DNA from: a virus
Lineage: Duplodnaviria > Caudoviricetes
Length of the DNA stretch: 38,019 bases
IMG/VR virus record: IMGVR_UViG_3300022218_000007
Coordinates: 1 to 38,019 of that record
Strand: one strand, 5' to 3'
This document shows positions 1-8,987 of the stretch, in pieces. Within the stretch, counting starts at the first letter, position 1. Each line of letters begins with the position of its first letter. The notes beneath the pieces are model-generated. The model was not told the DNA's origin, made no database searches, and was given only the letters and a program-made list of their open reading frames with translations. Made by a program: the position numbers and the translations under genes.

Positions 1-5
1 ATGGT

Positions 6-1223
6 TTGAATGATATCGAATCAGACGGGTCTTTTGTACCTTGCGATATGGGGGTGGAAGAAGTTGCTATAGGCGTGACTACTCATAAGGTAAAACGGGG
101 CCGCTATGGGGAACTACGTTTTGCGGATGTTGCCTCTACAAACAAGCATCTTTGCAAAATTAAATATAAAGACGGAAATGGTAGGAGTATTAAATATATA
201 GATGCTGATAGTGGTCTTCCTGACGTGGCAAATGGCAAGCCGAAGTTTACGGCAGATAATGGAATAAGTATTGAGCATACACCAATATATAATGGGGTGA
301 AAATTGAGCTTGTCATTGATAATCCTTTGACGGCCCCCTTGGAATATAGTTTTTCAGTCAAGGATTATGGACAGACATATACAGAGGAATTGATTGAAGG
401 GGCGATAGTTTCAACGGGTGAGGATGGAAAGAAGATCACTTTCCATCCTCCTTATGCAGAAGATGCCAACGGAGATATAGGGCAGGTTTATTATGTTTTA
501 CTTGGCAAGCTGGATGGGTATTTTAGATTTAAAAAGGTAGTTGATGAGACATGGTTTAGGCAGGCCGCTGCACCGGTAAAGATTGACCCGACTGCCACTA
601 TTGAAGACGGTGTAGCTGGTGGAGTAATTGAAGATGCGGTTATGGCTGGAGGGTCTACATTAAACTATGGTGCCAGAATTAATATGAACTGCAATGATTT
701 TACAGCAGGGACTTATCAGAACTGGTGGATAAACGTGGACTTATCAGGGGAAGACCCGGCAAGAACGGTAACGCTAGCAAAGTTTATAAATTATTGTGAT
801 AATATCGTAGGTGGTGGAGGATTTGAATGTAGTTTATGGCCTAGCCTCAGAGAGGCAGTAGAAGGCACAAAGGATGGGACTTCTGAAGTTGGCTCTATTT
901 GTGGATTGGCTGCCAGACATACAATAGAAACCTGGACTACAATAAATGGTCAAGACGCTGGTACTGACTATGATAATACTCTTGCAACAGCTACTTTTAT
1001 TGCACCAACGACAACAGGTTTTTATGATATCGTTTGTGATAACAGTATTATTCAGAGTAGGCTTGGCAATAGCTACTTTGGGGACATTATACATCCCACA
1101 ACAAAAACAGGCCTCAAGGCTTTTAGAACACAAACGAGTGAAGATACGAATCACCCGCAATTTTATTATGAATATACGGAGGGTGATATTCAGATTTTAA
1201 GACGCCGAATGGAGGGGTATTAA
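6..1223 (+). CDS. Virion structural/tail-associated protein (true start probably at 37929, across the circular junction)
   Basis: 405-aa Gly/Thr/Asp-rich ORF directly upstream of the large virion protein; no RBS before the TTG at 6; the frame continues from 37929..38019. Confidence 0.6.
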   Translation: MNDIESDGSFVPCDMGVEEVAIGVTTHKVKRGRYGELRFADVASTNKHLCKIKYKDGNGRSIKYIDADSGLPDVANGKPKFTADNGISIEHTPIYNGVKIELVIDNPLTAPLEYSFSVKDYGQTYTEELIEGAIVSTGEDGKKITFHPPYAEDANGDIGQVYYVLLGKLDGYFRFKKVVDETWFRQAAAPVKIDPTATIEDGVAGGVIEDAVMAGGSTLNYGARINMNCNDFTAGTYQNWWINVDLSGEDPARTVTLAKFINYCDNIVGGGGFECSLWPSLREAVEGTKDGTSEVGSICGLAARHTIETWTTINGQDAGTDYDNTLATATFIAPTTTGFYDIVCDNSIIQSRLGNSYFGDIIHPTTKTGLKAFRTQTSEDTNHPQFYYEYTEGDIQILRRRMEGY

Positions 1224-4200
1224 ATGTCAAAAGTGATATTAAGAAAATATGGTGAAGCTGCAACTTTTAATTTTGATTTATTTGAGATAGATGGAATTAA
1301 TTTTAAAGTTGATGCGGTTCATGTAGCAGGCGATACTAAAATAATGAAGGATGAGGGAGTTGAGGCTAATACAACGAATGGCTTCGTTGATGAGGGACAG
1401 GGTTACTCTATAACTTTGACTGCTACGGAAATGCAACACGCTAGAGGCAAGGTTTATATTGTCGACCAAGGCACAAAGGCATGGCTTGATACTGGTATCA
1501 CTATTGAAACATACGGACACGCAAGCGCACAGCATGAAGTTTTCCCGTCTGATATGGTTCAGGTAAGCGGGGATGAGGCAGCAGCCGACAACCTTGAAGC
1601 TACTTATGATGGAACTGGATATATAGATGATAATGCGCCATCTACTCAAAGTCAATTAGCAGGGTTGGCAAATGTCGGGTCAGCCGTCAATAGACCAGCG
1701 GCAAGCTATACGCTAACAACTGGAACGCAATCGGCAAACACTTATACATCAACACAAGCCCTTGATGGTACAAGGCATGAGCATACAGATACGGCAGGGG
1801 CGCTTGATCTTTATTATGAGTTTAATATCGGGGCAGGATTCGCAAGCTCTGTACAAGTGACAGGATATCTTCAAGGCAACAATGATGATCTTGATGTTTT
1901 CGGTTATGATTGGGTTGCGGCTGCATGGGTTCAAATTAACAATCTTCAAGGCAAGGCTCTTGCAACAAACGAAGTTAACTCATATGATCTATATGTTGAT
2001 ATGGTTGGAAGCGGTGCGAATCAAGGCATAGTAAGGGTAAGATTTTATAAAGCAGCGGGATTAACAGGGGCCACTCTTGCGATAGATCAAATATTTACAG
2101 CGTTTAATCAGACATCAGAAGGGTATCAGAATGCGGCTATATGGTTTGATAGTAACGCATCAAATACAAGCACTGTTAAGGGAATTGATGGAACTACTAC
2201 AAATCCAGTATCAACTATGGCGGCAGTAAATACCTTGCTTGCATCAACTAATTTATCAAGGGTTGAGGTTCTGCCAGGATCAACGGTAACGCTTGCTGCC
2301 GCACAAAATAATCAGGTCTTTAATGGTAAAAATTGGACATTAGATATAAACGGACAGGATTATTCTGGAACTGCATTTATAGGGGCCAGAGCGTCAGGCA
2401 TAGGGTCAGGCGTGGGAACATTCCAGTCATTTACTGATTGCATAGTTAGTGCTTCAACTCATCTTAAAAATACTCATTTAACTGGATGTGGTATTGCTGG
2501 AACTCAGACAATGGGAGAGGCTGGAGATATATTCTTTGATAGATGTCACTCCCATATAGCAGGTACTTCAACGTGGGTGTTTGACTTCGGGGCATTAATA
2601 GGCAATACAAACTTGAATATGCGAAATTACTCAGGCGGTGTTCAGCTTGAGAAGATGGGAGATACTGGAATCGATACAGCTTCTATAGAGGGTAGAGGGC
2701 AATTAATAGAAGGTACTTGCACAGGTGGAACGGTTGCGATTAGGGGGCTGTTTACTGCTAGCGGAATAACAAACTTAACCCTTGTGGATGGCGCTAGGTA
2801 TGAAAGAGGAACACAGGTTGATGCTACATGGAATGCCCTTCTTATAGCAGCAAATTATAATATTAGTAAATCAGCTGGAAAAATAGTTCGAGAGCTTAAA
2901 GAGGTTGCAGGATATGAAGGTGGGTTTGTTTATTATGATGACGTTAATGGAGCCGCAGGCGATGAAGCTTTTATAAATGGAACGCTTGAAAATCCGGTTA
3001 ATAATGAGACAGACCTTAATACTCTCTTGACTACCCTTAATATTAGAGATGTAAAAGTAGTGGCTGGTTCTACACTTACTCTTACCGCTGCCGCTGAAAA
3101 GAGGGTTTATGATGGTGAAATATGGACTCTTGCTTTAGGTGGTCAAAGCGTAAGCGGAACTACCTTTCATGGAGCTACTGTAAGCGGTATATGTACCGGA
3201 GCAATAAAGCCTAAATTTGAAGATTGTAACATGGGGGCTGTTACATTACCCCCTTGCCATATGGATAAATGTGGTATAGTAGGGCCAATAACAGCAGGGT
3301 CAGTGGGAGACTTCTTTATTGCTGATAATTGTCATTCTGCGGTTGCCGGTACAGGCGCTCCAGTTTTAGATTTTGGGGCTGCAATAGGTGATGTTGGATT
3401 TAACCTTAGATGGTATTCAGGTGGTATTGATTTAAGGAATATGGGCCAGAGTGGAACTGATAGGATAAGTGTTGAGGGTAACGGTCAAGTTATAATTAAT
3501 GCAAATTGTATCGGGGGAACCATAGCGATAAGAGGGCATCAAACCTTAACTGGAGACGGTGCTTTCTTGGCAGCCGGTGGAGTTATATCGGATGGGGCAA
3601 GATTCTCTGTAGACCAAATCCCTCAAATAATGGTAAGCACGACTATTGCAACCTTGACCAGCCAGACAAGCTTTACCTTGTCGGAAGGTAGCAGCGATGA
3701 TGACGCTTATAATAACGCTCAGATAGTTATTACAGATGGGACAACACGGGAGCAAAAAGCCTTCGGGTTGGTATCTGATTATTTCGGATCATCTAAGAGG
3801 GTAGAATTAGCAGTTGATCCAGGAATATTTACTATTGCGGCAGGTGATAAGGTTGGAATCATGGCGGCATCCGTTTCGACTGCCTCTCTGGTCAATGCGG
3901 TAATAAGCGAAGTGACAGACACTTTACTAGATATAAACAAGTCTCAAGACCTTACTATTAACACTACTACAAGGCTAGAATATCAATGGTTAGATGTTAA
4001 TGGTGATGCTGTAGATATAACCGGCTTGACTTTTACTTTCAAAGCTGTTAAAGATGCAGGAGAAACAAGCCCAGCTATTCCAGAAGTAACGGGAACGATT
4101 TCAGACGCACCTAATGGCAGATGGTATTTTGATGTTATACCGACAACTGTATTTAAGGGTAGATATGAAATCTGGGCGGTAGATGGAGCATCGAAGATTA

Positions 4201-4253
4201 CAACTTTAACTAGAGCAGGTGGCGCAAGGATTGAAACTCATCCAAGGTTATGA
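1224..4253 (+). CDS. Large virion/tail fibre-like protein with internal ~230-aa duplication
   Basis: 1009 aa, G/T/A rich; two similar blocks (nt ~2118-2804 and ~2910-3608) sharing G-T-x-x-NPV, NLRxYSGG, SxEGxGQ, DGAR; RBS GGAGG; located between tail and lysis genes. Confidence 0.65.
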   Translation: MSKVILRKYGEAATFNFDLFEIDGINFKVDAVHVAGDTKIMKDEGVEANTTNGFVDEGQGYSITLTATEMQHARGKVYIVDQGTKAWLDTGITIETYGHASAQHEVFPSDMVQVSGDEAAADNLEATYDGTGYIDDNAPSTQSQLAGLANVGSAVNRPAASYTLTTGTQSANTYTSTQALDGTRHEHTDTAGALDLYYEFNIGAGFASSVQVTGYLQGNNDDLDVFGYDWVAAAWVQINNLQGKALATNEVNSYDLYVDMVGSGANQGIVRVRFYKAAGLTGATLAIDQIFTAFNQTSEGYQNAAIWFDSNASNTSTVKGIDGTTTNPVSTMAAVNTLLASTNLSRVEVLPGSTVTLAAAQNNQVFNGKNWTLDINGQDYSGTAFIGARASGIGSGVGTFQSFTDCIVSASTHLKNTHLTGCGIAGTQTMGEAGDIFFDRCHSHIAGTSTWVFDFGALIGNTNLNMRNYSGGVQLEKMGDTGIDTASIEGRGQLIEGTCTGGTVAIRGLFTASGITNLTLVDGARYERGTQVDATWNALLIAANYNISKSAGKIVRELKEVAGYEGGFVYYDDVNGAAGDEAFINGTLENPVNNETDLNTLLTTLNIRDVKVVAGSTLTLTAAAEKRVYDGEIWTLALGGQSVSGTTFHGATVSGICTGAIKPKFEDCNMGAVTLPPCHMDKCGIVGPITAGSVGDFFIADNCHSAVAGTGAPVLDFGAAIGDVGFNLRWYSGGIDLRNMGQSGTDRISVEGNGQVIINANCIGGTIAIRGHQTLTGDGAFLAAGGVISDGARFSVDQIPQIMVSTTIATLTSQTSFTLSEGSSDDDAYNNAQIVITDGTTREQKAFGLVSDYFGSSKRVELAVDPGIFTIAAGDKVGIMAASVSTASLVNAVISEVTDTLLDINKSQDLTINTTTRLEYQWLDVNGDAVDITGLTFTFKAVKDAGETSPAIPEVTGTISDAPNGRWYFDVIPTTVFKGRYEIWAVDGASKITTLTRAGGARIETHPRL

Positions 4254-4262
4254 GGAGCTATT

Positions 4263-4481
4263 ATGGCAGCCGGTATAGATGAAACATCTTTTGTTTTAGG
4301 AGAATTAAAAGGCAGACTAGCGCAAATAGAGAAAACACAAACTGCTATGTTTGAGAAACTTGACAGCATAGAGAAGTCAGTTACGCATATAAAAGTTAAA
4401 GCGGCTGGATCATCTGCAACGGTGGCAATAATAGTTACTCTTGTTATTACTTTCTTTACTAAAACTTTAAGGGCAGGTTAG
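4263..4481 (+). CDS. Putative holin/XhlA-like membrane protein
   Basis: Coiled-coil N-terminus plus C-terminal hydrophobic helix (ATVAIIVTLVITFF), immediately upstream of the endolysin. Confidence 0.5.
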   Translation: MAAGIDETSFVLGELKGRLAQIEKTQTAMFEKLDSIEKSVTHIKVKAAGSSATVAIIVTLVITFFTKTLRAG

Positions 4482-4487
4482 GAGATA

Positions 4488-4916
4488 ATGAAACTATCTA
4501 AAAATTTTACTCTTGATGAATTAATAGTAACAAGTACAAGCGGTTCTAATATTCCCCCTGGCATACATAAAGAAAAATTGCTTTATACAGCTAACTACTT
4601 GCTGCAACCTATTCGGGATAAGTGGGGGCCGGTAGTTGTTAATTCAGGATATAGGTCTCAAGCCGTAAATACCGCCATAGGGGGCAGTTCTACCTCACAG
4701 CATTGCAAGGGTGAGGCTGCGGATATTAGAACGCCTACAGCGGACTTGTGGGAGGTTTATTTGTGGATACTTGATAACCTTAGTTTTGGTCAATGTATCT
4801 ATGAAGAAAAAGGGGTGGCTAAGTGGATTCATATTAGTTTGCCGAGGGTGGATAAACCTAATCAGCAGGCTTTGTTATTCAAAGATGGTAAATACACTAA
4901 TTATAAGGAGGCATAA
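4488..4916 (+). CDS. Endolysin, peptidase M15A (Peptidase_M15_3) family
   Basis: Motifs LSKNFTLDE, NSGYRS..VN..IGG, SQHxxGEAAD, WIHIS (Zn ligands H, D, H). Confidence 0.9.
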   Translation: MKLSKNFTLDELIVTSTSGSNIPPGIHKEKLLYTANYLLQPIRDKWGPVVVNSGYRSQAVNTAIGGSSTSQHCKGEAADIRTPTADLWEVYLWILDNLSFGQCIYEEKGVAKWIHISLPRVDKPNQQALLFKDGKYTNYKEA

Positions 4917-5087
4917 ATGACATCATTTTTTGTAAAGCTAGGCATGGGTATACTAGGCGAATTAGCAATAAGAGTTATGAAACCTGAAATGATAGTAGAT
5001 TTGTTAGTTGCGATTGCGAAGAAAGCAGCCGCCAAGACTGAAACTGAAATAGATGATATGATAGTTAAAGCGTTGGAAAAATCATAA
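4917..5087 (+). CDS. Small lysis-region hypothetical protein (56 aa; not in ORF track)
   Basis: AAGGAGG RBS, ATG abutting the endolysin stop; MTSFFVKLGMG...TETEIDDMIVKALEKS. Confidence 0.65.
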   Translation: MTSFFVKLGMGILGELAIRVMKPEMIVDLLVAIAKKAAAKTETEIDDMIVKALEKS

Positions 5088-5144
5088 TTACTAATTCTGT
5101 ATAGATTAGTATTAAATTAGTATCTTCCTGATCCTCCTCCTTTA

Positions 5145-5176
5145 GCCCTCTGGCTTTCCACCAGACGGGCCTTTTT
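5145..5176 (+). terminator. Intrinsic terminator ending the late/lysis operon
   Basis: GCCCTCTGG-ctttcca-CCAGACGGGC followed by a T run. Confidence 0.65.
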
Positions 5177-5263
5177 ATACACTGTCCATGCCTCTTAACA
5201 ATGCACACTTTGGGCAGTTTTTTTATGCCTGTAAAATAAATATAAAATAATTTAAAATAAAGC

Positions 5264-5291
5264 TTGCTTTTTATATTCTAGCCTGTATAAT
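5264..5291 (+). promoter_or_regulatory. Sigma70-type early promoter with AT-rich UP region
   Basis: TTGCTT (5264) -16 bp- TATAAT (5286), A/T tracts upstream. Confidence 0.65.
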
Positions 5292-5309
5292 AGTATTTAA
5301 GAGTTGATA

Positions 5310-5371
5310 TTATAACAGATTAGCTCAATCGCAAGGCGCAGCCGCAGTCGTTTTGCAGCGTTGGGTTAGTG
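5310..5371 (-). repeat. attC-like site (solo cassette A)
   Basis: TAAC agatta GCTCAA...TTG C AGC gttgg GTTA; related to the site at 10370; ~60 bp like a 59-base element. Confidence 0.8.
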
Positions 5372-5398
5372 CGCCTTAACTTATAAAGGAGATATAAA

Positions 5399-5578
5399 AT
5401 GAAGCCTATTAAAACAACAGAATATTTTAGAGCTGAAAGACTGCATAAAGAAGAATGGTGTTGGAACACTTTTGGGACATGGGAAGAAGCATTAGAGAGA
5501 TATGAGCGGGACAAGGCGAAAGGCAAATACCCTGAATGTCGGATAGTAAAAGAATCAATAGAAATATTTAAACCGTAG
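5399..5578 (+). CDS. Cassette-borne hypothetical protein (59 aa; not in ORF track)
   Basis: AAAGGAG RBS; bracketed by GTTAGTGCGC (5365) and its exact reverse complement GCGCACTAAC (5578). Confidence 0.75.
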   Translation: MKPIKTTEYFRAERLHKEEWCWNTFGTWEEALERYERDKAKGKYPECRIVKESIEIFKP

Positions 5579-5580
5579 CG

Positions 5581-5603
5581 CACTAACCAAGGCTTATACG
5601 GAC
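5581..5603 (-). other. Unpaired core half-site (attI/secondary-site-like) closing solo cassette A
   Basis: TAAC caagg CTTATACGGAC with no downstream partner arm; resembles 16668 TAAC aaggc GATATCAGGAC. Confidence 0.45.
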
Positions 5604-5668
5604 GCTTCATCCTGCGTAACACAGGGGAAAAAGCGTATATAATATTAAAATACGGACAAGGAGGGTAT

Positions 5669-5860
5669 ATGAACATCGGGCTACAACTAAAGATAGCAAG
5701 GATAGAGAAGGAATGGACTCAAGAGGAATTAAGCAAGAAGTCAAAGGTATCGGCAGCGACCATAATAGATATTGAAAAAGGGAACGGCAATCCGAAACTT
5801 AAAACGGTTCAGAAGCTAATTGAATGTCTCGGCTATGATTTAAGGATAGTGAGAAGGTAG
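5669..5860 (+). CDS. XRE/Cro-family helix-turn-helix regulator
   Basis: LKIARIEKEWTQEELSKKSKVSAATIIDIEKGNGNPKLKTV, classic HTH_3 pattern. Confidence 0.9.
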   Translation: MNIGLQLKIARIEKEWTQEELSKKSKVSAATIIDIEKGNGNPKLKTVQKLIECLGYDLRIVRR

Positions 5861-5896
5861 AAGCAGTTACACTTTGGATGAATAAGGAGGGGTAAG

Positions 5897-6097
5897 ATGA
5901 CAAGCGATGAATTATTAAATATGGCAGAGCAACAAATATTGGGCTTTACTGCGGCTATGAGAGGTGATGGTATTGTAAATCTCATAGAGGCTATGGGCTT
6001 AACCTACCACGAATGGGAGGAAGTGAAAAAAGACACATCGCTATATATGCGAGAAGAGGATATTGAAACTCTTGATGAACATTTTTTAAGTCAATAA
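5897..6097 (+). CDS. Hypothetical protein
   Basis: AAGGAGG RBS, 66 aa acidic ORF. Confidence 0.7.
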   Translation: MTSDELLNMAEQQILGFTAAMRGDGIVNLIEAMGLTYHEWEEVKKDTSLYMREEDIETLDEHFLSQ

Positions 6098-6163
6098 GGA
6101 GGCTTAAATGACCAAGAAAACAAAGGCTCTTGAATACCTTAAACGAGTAGGAAAGGAGACTCC

Positions 6164-6322
6164 ATGAAAGACGTTCAATGCAAAAAGAATCGCAATGAAG
6201 TTATTCCGGTATCTCAGGCGGTGACAGATTTTGAACTCGATTCCGTATGCCACTCTTGCTTAGAATTTGACAAATGCCGGGAAGTATCGGAGCAAGCCGA
6301 GATAGATAAGCAATCTAATTAA
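6164..6322 (+). CDS. Hypothetical Cys-containing protein (52 aa; not in ORF track)
   Basis: AAAGGAG RBS, ATG 6164 to TAA 6322, contains CHSC. Confidence 0.55.
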   Translation: MKDVQCKKNRNEVIPVSQAVTDFELDSVCHSCLEFDKCREVSEQAEIDKQSN

Positions 6323-6333
6323 AGGAGGGGGCC

Positions 6334-6585
6334 ATGCCAAAGTATATAGCTTATAAGGATCCATCAGGTAACGAATATATAATGACTTTTCCAAGCGATA
6401 GAGATCAGCCCCAGCATAGAGATATAGCTAATGCAATGGGTTTTGAAAAAGAAGATATCTTGGGAGCTGGACAATATATTGATGTTGGGGGGAGAATAGT
6501 TTTTGGTGGCGATTCTTTGACCCTTGACATTAAGAGTCGGGGCGATATCGACAAGGCACTTTATATTGAGCAATCAAGAAGATAA
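6334..6585 (+). CDS. Hypothetical protein
   Basis: AAGGAGG RBS, 83 aa. Confidence 0.7.
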   Translation: MPKYIAYKDPSGNEYIMTFPSDRDQPQHRDIANAMGFEKEDILGAGQYIDVGGRIVFGGDSLTLDIKSRGDIDKALYIEQSRR

Positions 6586-6596
6586 GGAGGGTAATC

Positions 6597-6752
6597 ATGG
6601 AAAGTAAGAAAGATATGCCGATAACATTAAATCCAGTATTTGCAGCTACATTTAATCAGGTATTCGGGGAGCCTACACCAAAGAAGGACACCCGTGAAGA
6701 GGACAAGCAGGAGGCTAGGCAAAAGGAGAAGAAGAGGAGGGATGATGAATAG
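6597..6752 (+). CDS. Hypothetical protein (51 aa; not in ORF track)
   Basis: AAGGAGG RBS, ATG 6597 to TAG 6752. Confidence 0.55.
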   Translation: MESKKDMPITLNPVFAATFNQVFGEPTPKKDTREEDKQEARQKEKKRRDDE

Positions 6753-6900
6753 ATTAAATATTGTTACAACAATACTGTGGGGAGTTGCTGGACTTACATA
6801 TATTTCGGCAAGCGCAATCAGGCAAGAATTTATATATATGCCGATAGGGATAATTCACTTAGGGATAGCTATTCTTTATTCATCAAAGGTTGACAAATGA
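6742..6900 (+). CDS. Small two-TM membrane protein
   Basis: Start moved to ATG 6742/6745 after GAGGAGG; two hydrophobic segments. Confidence 0.6.
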   Translation: MMNRLNIVTTILWGVAGLTYISASAIRQEFIYMPIGIIHLGIAILYSSKVDK

Positions 6901-7109
6901 TGATTGAACCAAGACCATACTCCCATATACTAAGGGATACCTACTGCCCAGAAGATCAGACCATTGGCTGTGATGGTTGCCAGAATGATTCTGAATGTGC
7001 TATACGGGCGCATGACGAGGAAAGTTGCTGGGAGTTACCAAACTTTGGCCTTACCTGCGAGATATGCGTCAAGCAGGATAAAGACATACGAATGAGGGAG
7101 GGGGAATAA
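6897..7109 (+). CDS. Cys-rich hypothetical protein
   Basis: CDGC, CEIC motifs; ATGA overlap with the upstream stop. Confidence 0.6.
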   Translation: MMIEPRPYSHILRDTYCPEDQTIGCDGCQNDSECAIRAHDEESCWELPNFGLTCEICVKQDKDIRMREGE

Positions 7110-7607
7110 ATGCTGAAAATATATGAAATCAATGAAGAGATGCAAGCACTTGACGGCCTGTTAGATAGTTGGGCTGGTAATCATGAGGGAGATATAACGG
7201 ATTTCCCCCTTAATGACGAACTTGAACGCCTGGAAGGTGAAAGAGAAGAAAAGCTTCTAAATTTAGCCGTATGGGTCAAAGATCTTAAAGCCGAGGCCGA
7301 GGCATTCACAAATGAAATTAAGCGGCTACAGGGGCGGCAGAAGGCCTTAATCAACAAGTCTGAGCGCATTAAAGAGTTCATTGACTACAATCTGCAAAAG
7401 GGGGAAAAATTATCAGATGTTCGGGCTTCTTTGAGTTATCGGAAATCTACTCAAGTGGTTTTGGATGTAGCAGAAAGTTTATTGCCTCGTGAATTTTCTA
7501 AGATGGTGGTGACGGCAGATAAGGCAGCTATCAAAGCATATTTAAAAGATCATGATAAATGCGGTTTTGCTCATCTACATGAAAATCATAGCTTGCAAAT
7601 TAAATAA
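7110..7607 (+). CDS. Siphovirus Gp157-family protein
   Basis: MLKIYEI...coiled coil...EIKRLQGRQKAL...LSYRKS...DKAAIK...SLQIK pattern. Confidence 0.8.
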   Translation: MLKIYEINEEMQALDGLLDSWAGNHEGDITDFPLNDELERLEGEREEKLLNLAVWVKDLKAEAEAFTNEIKRLQGRQKALINKSERIKEFIDYNLQKGEKLSDVRASLSYRKSTQVVLDVAESLLPREFSKMVVTADKAAIKAYLKDHDKCGFAHLHENHSLQIK

Positions 7608-7655
7608 ATATCAGTTATTCCAATTTATCGAATAACTGGCAATGTAATTGGAGGG

Positions 7656-7850
7656 ATGAAGATGAAATGCCCATATTGTGACTATATAGATGGATGGGAT
7701 AGCGAAAAGATGGAATCAGTTGGTGGCAAGGAGGGAGTTTTCTGGAAATTACCGATAAAAATGGAAAGACCAGAAGGCTATATGGAATTTACAAGGTCAG
7801 TGTTTGGGTGTCCTAAGTGTCGGAAAATTTTTATTGACGAATTATCTTGA
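7656..7850 (+). CDS. Zinc-ribbon hypothetical protein
   Basis: CPYC ... CPKC. Confidence 0.65.
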   Translation: MKMKCPYCDYIDGWDSEKMESVGGKEGVFWKLPIKMERPEGYMEFTRSVFGCPKCRKIFIDELS

Positions 7851-7875
7851 CTTACCCTTTCATATGCAATATAAT
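7847..7875 (+). promoter_or_regulatory. Sigma70-type promoter (leader 1)
   Basis: TTGACT -17 bp- TATAAT. Confidence 0.75.
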
Positions 7876-7898
7876 GATTCATACATAGCAAGATTAAA

Positions 7899-7997
7899 CA
7901 GTTGGTGAGAACTGGGTATATATCAAGCATGTTTTTGTCTCACGGCAAAGACTTTAAAGCCCTTTTAGGTACGCTCACCCGTCCTTTAAGGGCTTTT
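7899..7997 (+). promoter_or_regulatory. Structured leader/attenuator 1 (hairpin, hairpin, terminator with complementary loops)
   Basis: CAGTT-GGTGAG-AACTG; middle hairpin 7931-7952; terminator AAAGCCCTT...acg-CTCACC-cgt...AAGGGCTTTT. Confidence 0.6.
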
Positions 7998-8016
7998 CAC
8001 TTTTAAGGGGATAGAT

Positions 8017-8481
8017 ATGCATAAGAATGAACATAAAATAACACATGGAGAAACCGGAACGCCAACATATGAAACATGGAAAGGAATGATGAAGAGATGC
8101 TATAACGAAAACCATATAGCTTTCCGTCATTACGGTGGCAGGGGGATAAAGGTATGCGAGAAATGGCATAAATATATAAATTTCAAGAATGATATGGGAA
8201 CCAAGCCTGATAATCTATCTATAGATCGTATAGATAATGATGGCAATTATACTCCCGATAATTGTAGGTGGGCCACAATGAAAGAACAATCTTACAATAG
8301 AAGAAATAATAAACGATTAACATATAAAGGAATGACTAAAACTTTATACCAATGGGCTGAATCTGTAGATATGGATCCTCATACATTTACTAACCGAATA
8401 AGAAATGGGTGGTCTATAGAAAAGGCACTATTCCATCCAGTAGGCCCATGTCATAACCCAAATGGTAACAATGGGAGGTAG
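8017..8481 (+). CDS. HNH-type homing endonuclease
   Basis: HGETGTPTYETWKGMMKRCY, YGGRGIKVCEKW, SIDRIDNDGNYTPDNCRWAT..Q..NRR. Confidence 0.85.
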   Translation: MHKNEHKITHGETGTPTYETWKGMMKRCYNENHIAFRHYGGRGIKVCEKWHKYINFKNDMGTKPDNLSIDRIDNDGNYTPDNCRWATMKEQSYNRRNNKRLTYKGMTKTLYQWAESVDMDPHTFTNRIRNGWSIEKALFHPVGPCHNPNGNNGR

Positions 8482-8567
8482 TACTCTAATCTGTTACATG
8501 CAGATGATTCTTTTAGGATCAAGGGGAAAAGCCGTATTGCCTCTAAACTTAAACAAAGGAGAGTAAA

Positions 8568-8759
8568 ATGAGTAACTTATCGTTTAGAATTATAGAGGCA
8601 TTGCTTGGTAGCCTTGTGGCAGGGTCTTTATGTATTAGCACTGACTTAGTTACTTATGAGGAGGCGCTGGCTGGGTTTATAGCATATAATGTTGGGTGGA
8701 TACATTGTCTATTGAAAATAAAATCAGGTAAACTGAGGTATGATCTTTCGATAGACTAA
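8568..8759 (+). CDS. Small membrane protein
   Basis: AAAGGAG RBS, hydrophobic 63 aa. Confidence 0.6.
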   Translation: MSNLSFRIIEALLGSLVAGSLCISTDLVTYEEALAGFIAYNVGWIHCLLKIKSGKLRYDLSID

Positions 8760-8794
8760 TTAATTAAGTTTAAAATAAGATAATGGAGGGTAAG

Positions 8795-8947
8795 ATGAAA
8801 ACAGTAGAAGTGAATCCGGTAGATCGGTGGGGTTGGGAGTGTCCAAAATGTAAAGATTGGAATGAGACAGAAGATGACCCAAACTATCAAGACACTATAT
8901 ATTGTGAACAGTGTGGCGGAGAATTTGAGCCAGATGTTCAAGGATAA
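8795..8947 (+). CDS. Zinc-ribbon protein (50 aa; not in ORF track)
   Basis: GGAGG RBS; CPKC ... CEQC. Confidence 0.6.
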   Translation: MKTVEVNPVDRWGWECPKCKDWNETEDDPNYQDTIYCEQCGGEFEPDVQG

Positions 8948-8987
8948 ATAATATTTTTACCCCTTTATAAAACAATAGGAGTATATA

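Noticed and set aside
5669-5860. Lysogeny module / CI repressor
   Set aside because: A lone 63-aa HTH co-oriented with early genes; no peptidase domain, divergent partner or integrase was seen.
8017-8481. Group I intron around the HNH gene
   Set aside because: The flanking genes are not interrupted, and the HNH has its own promoter, leader and RBS.
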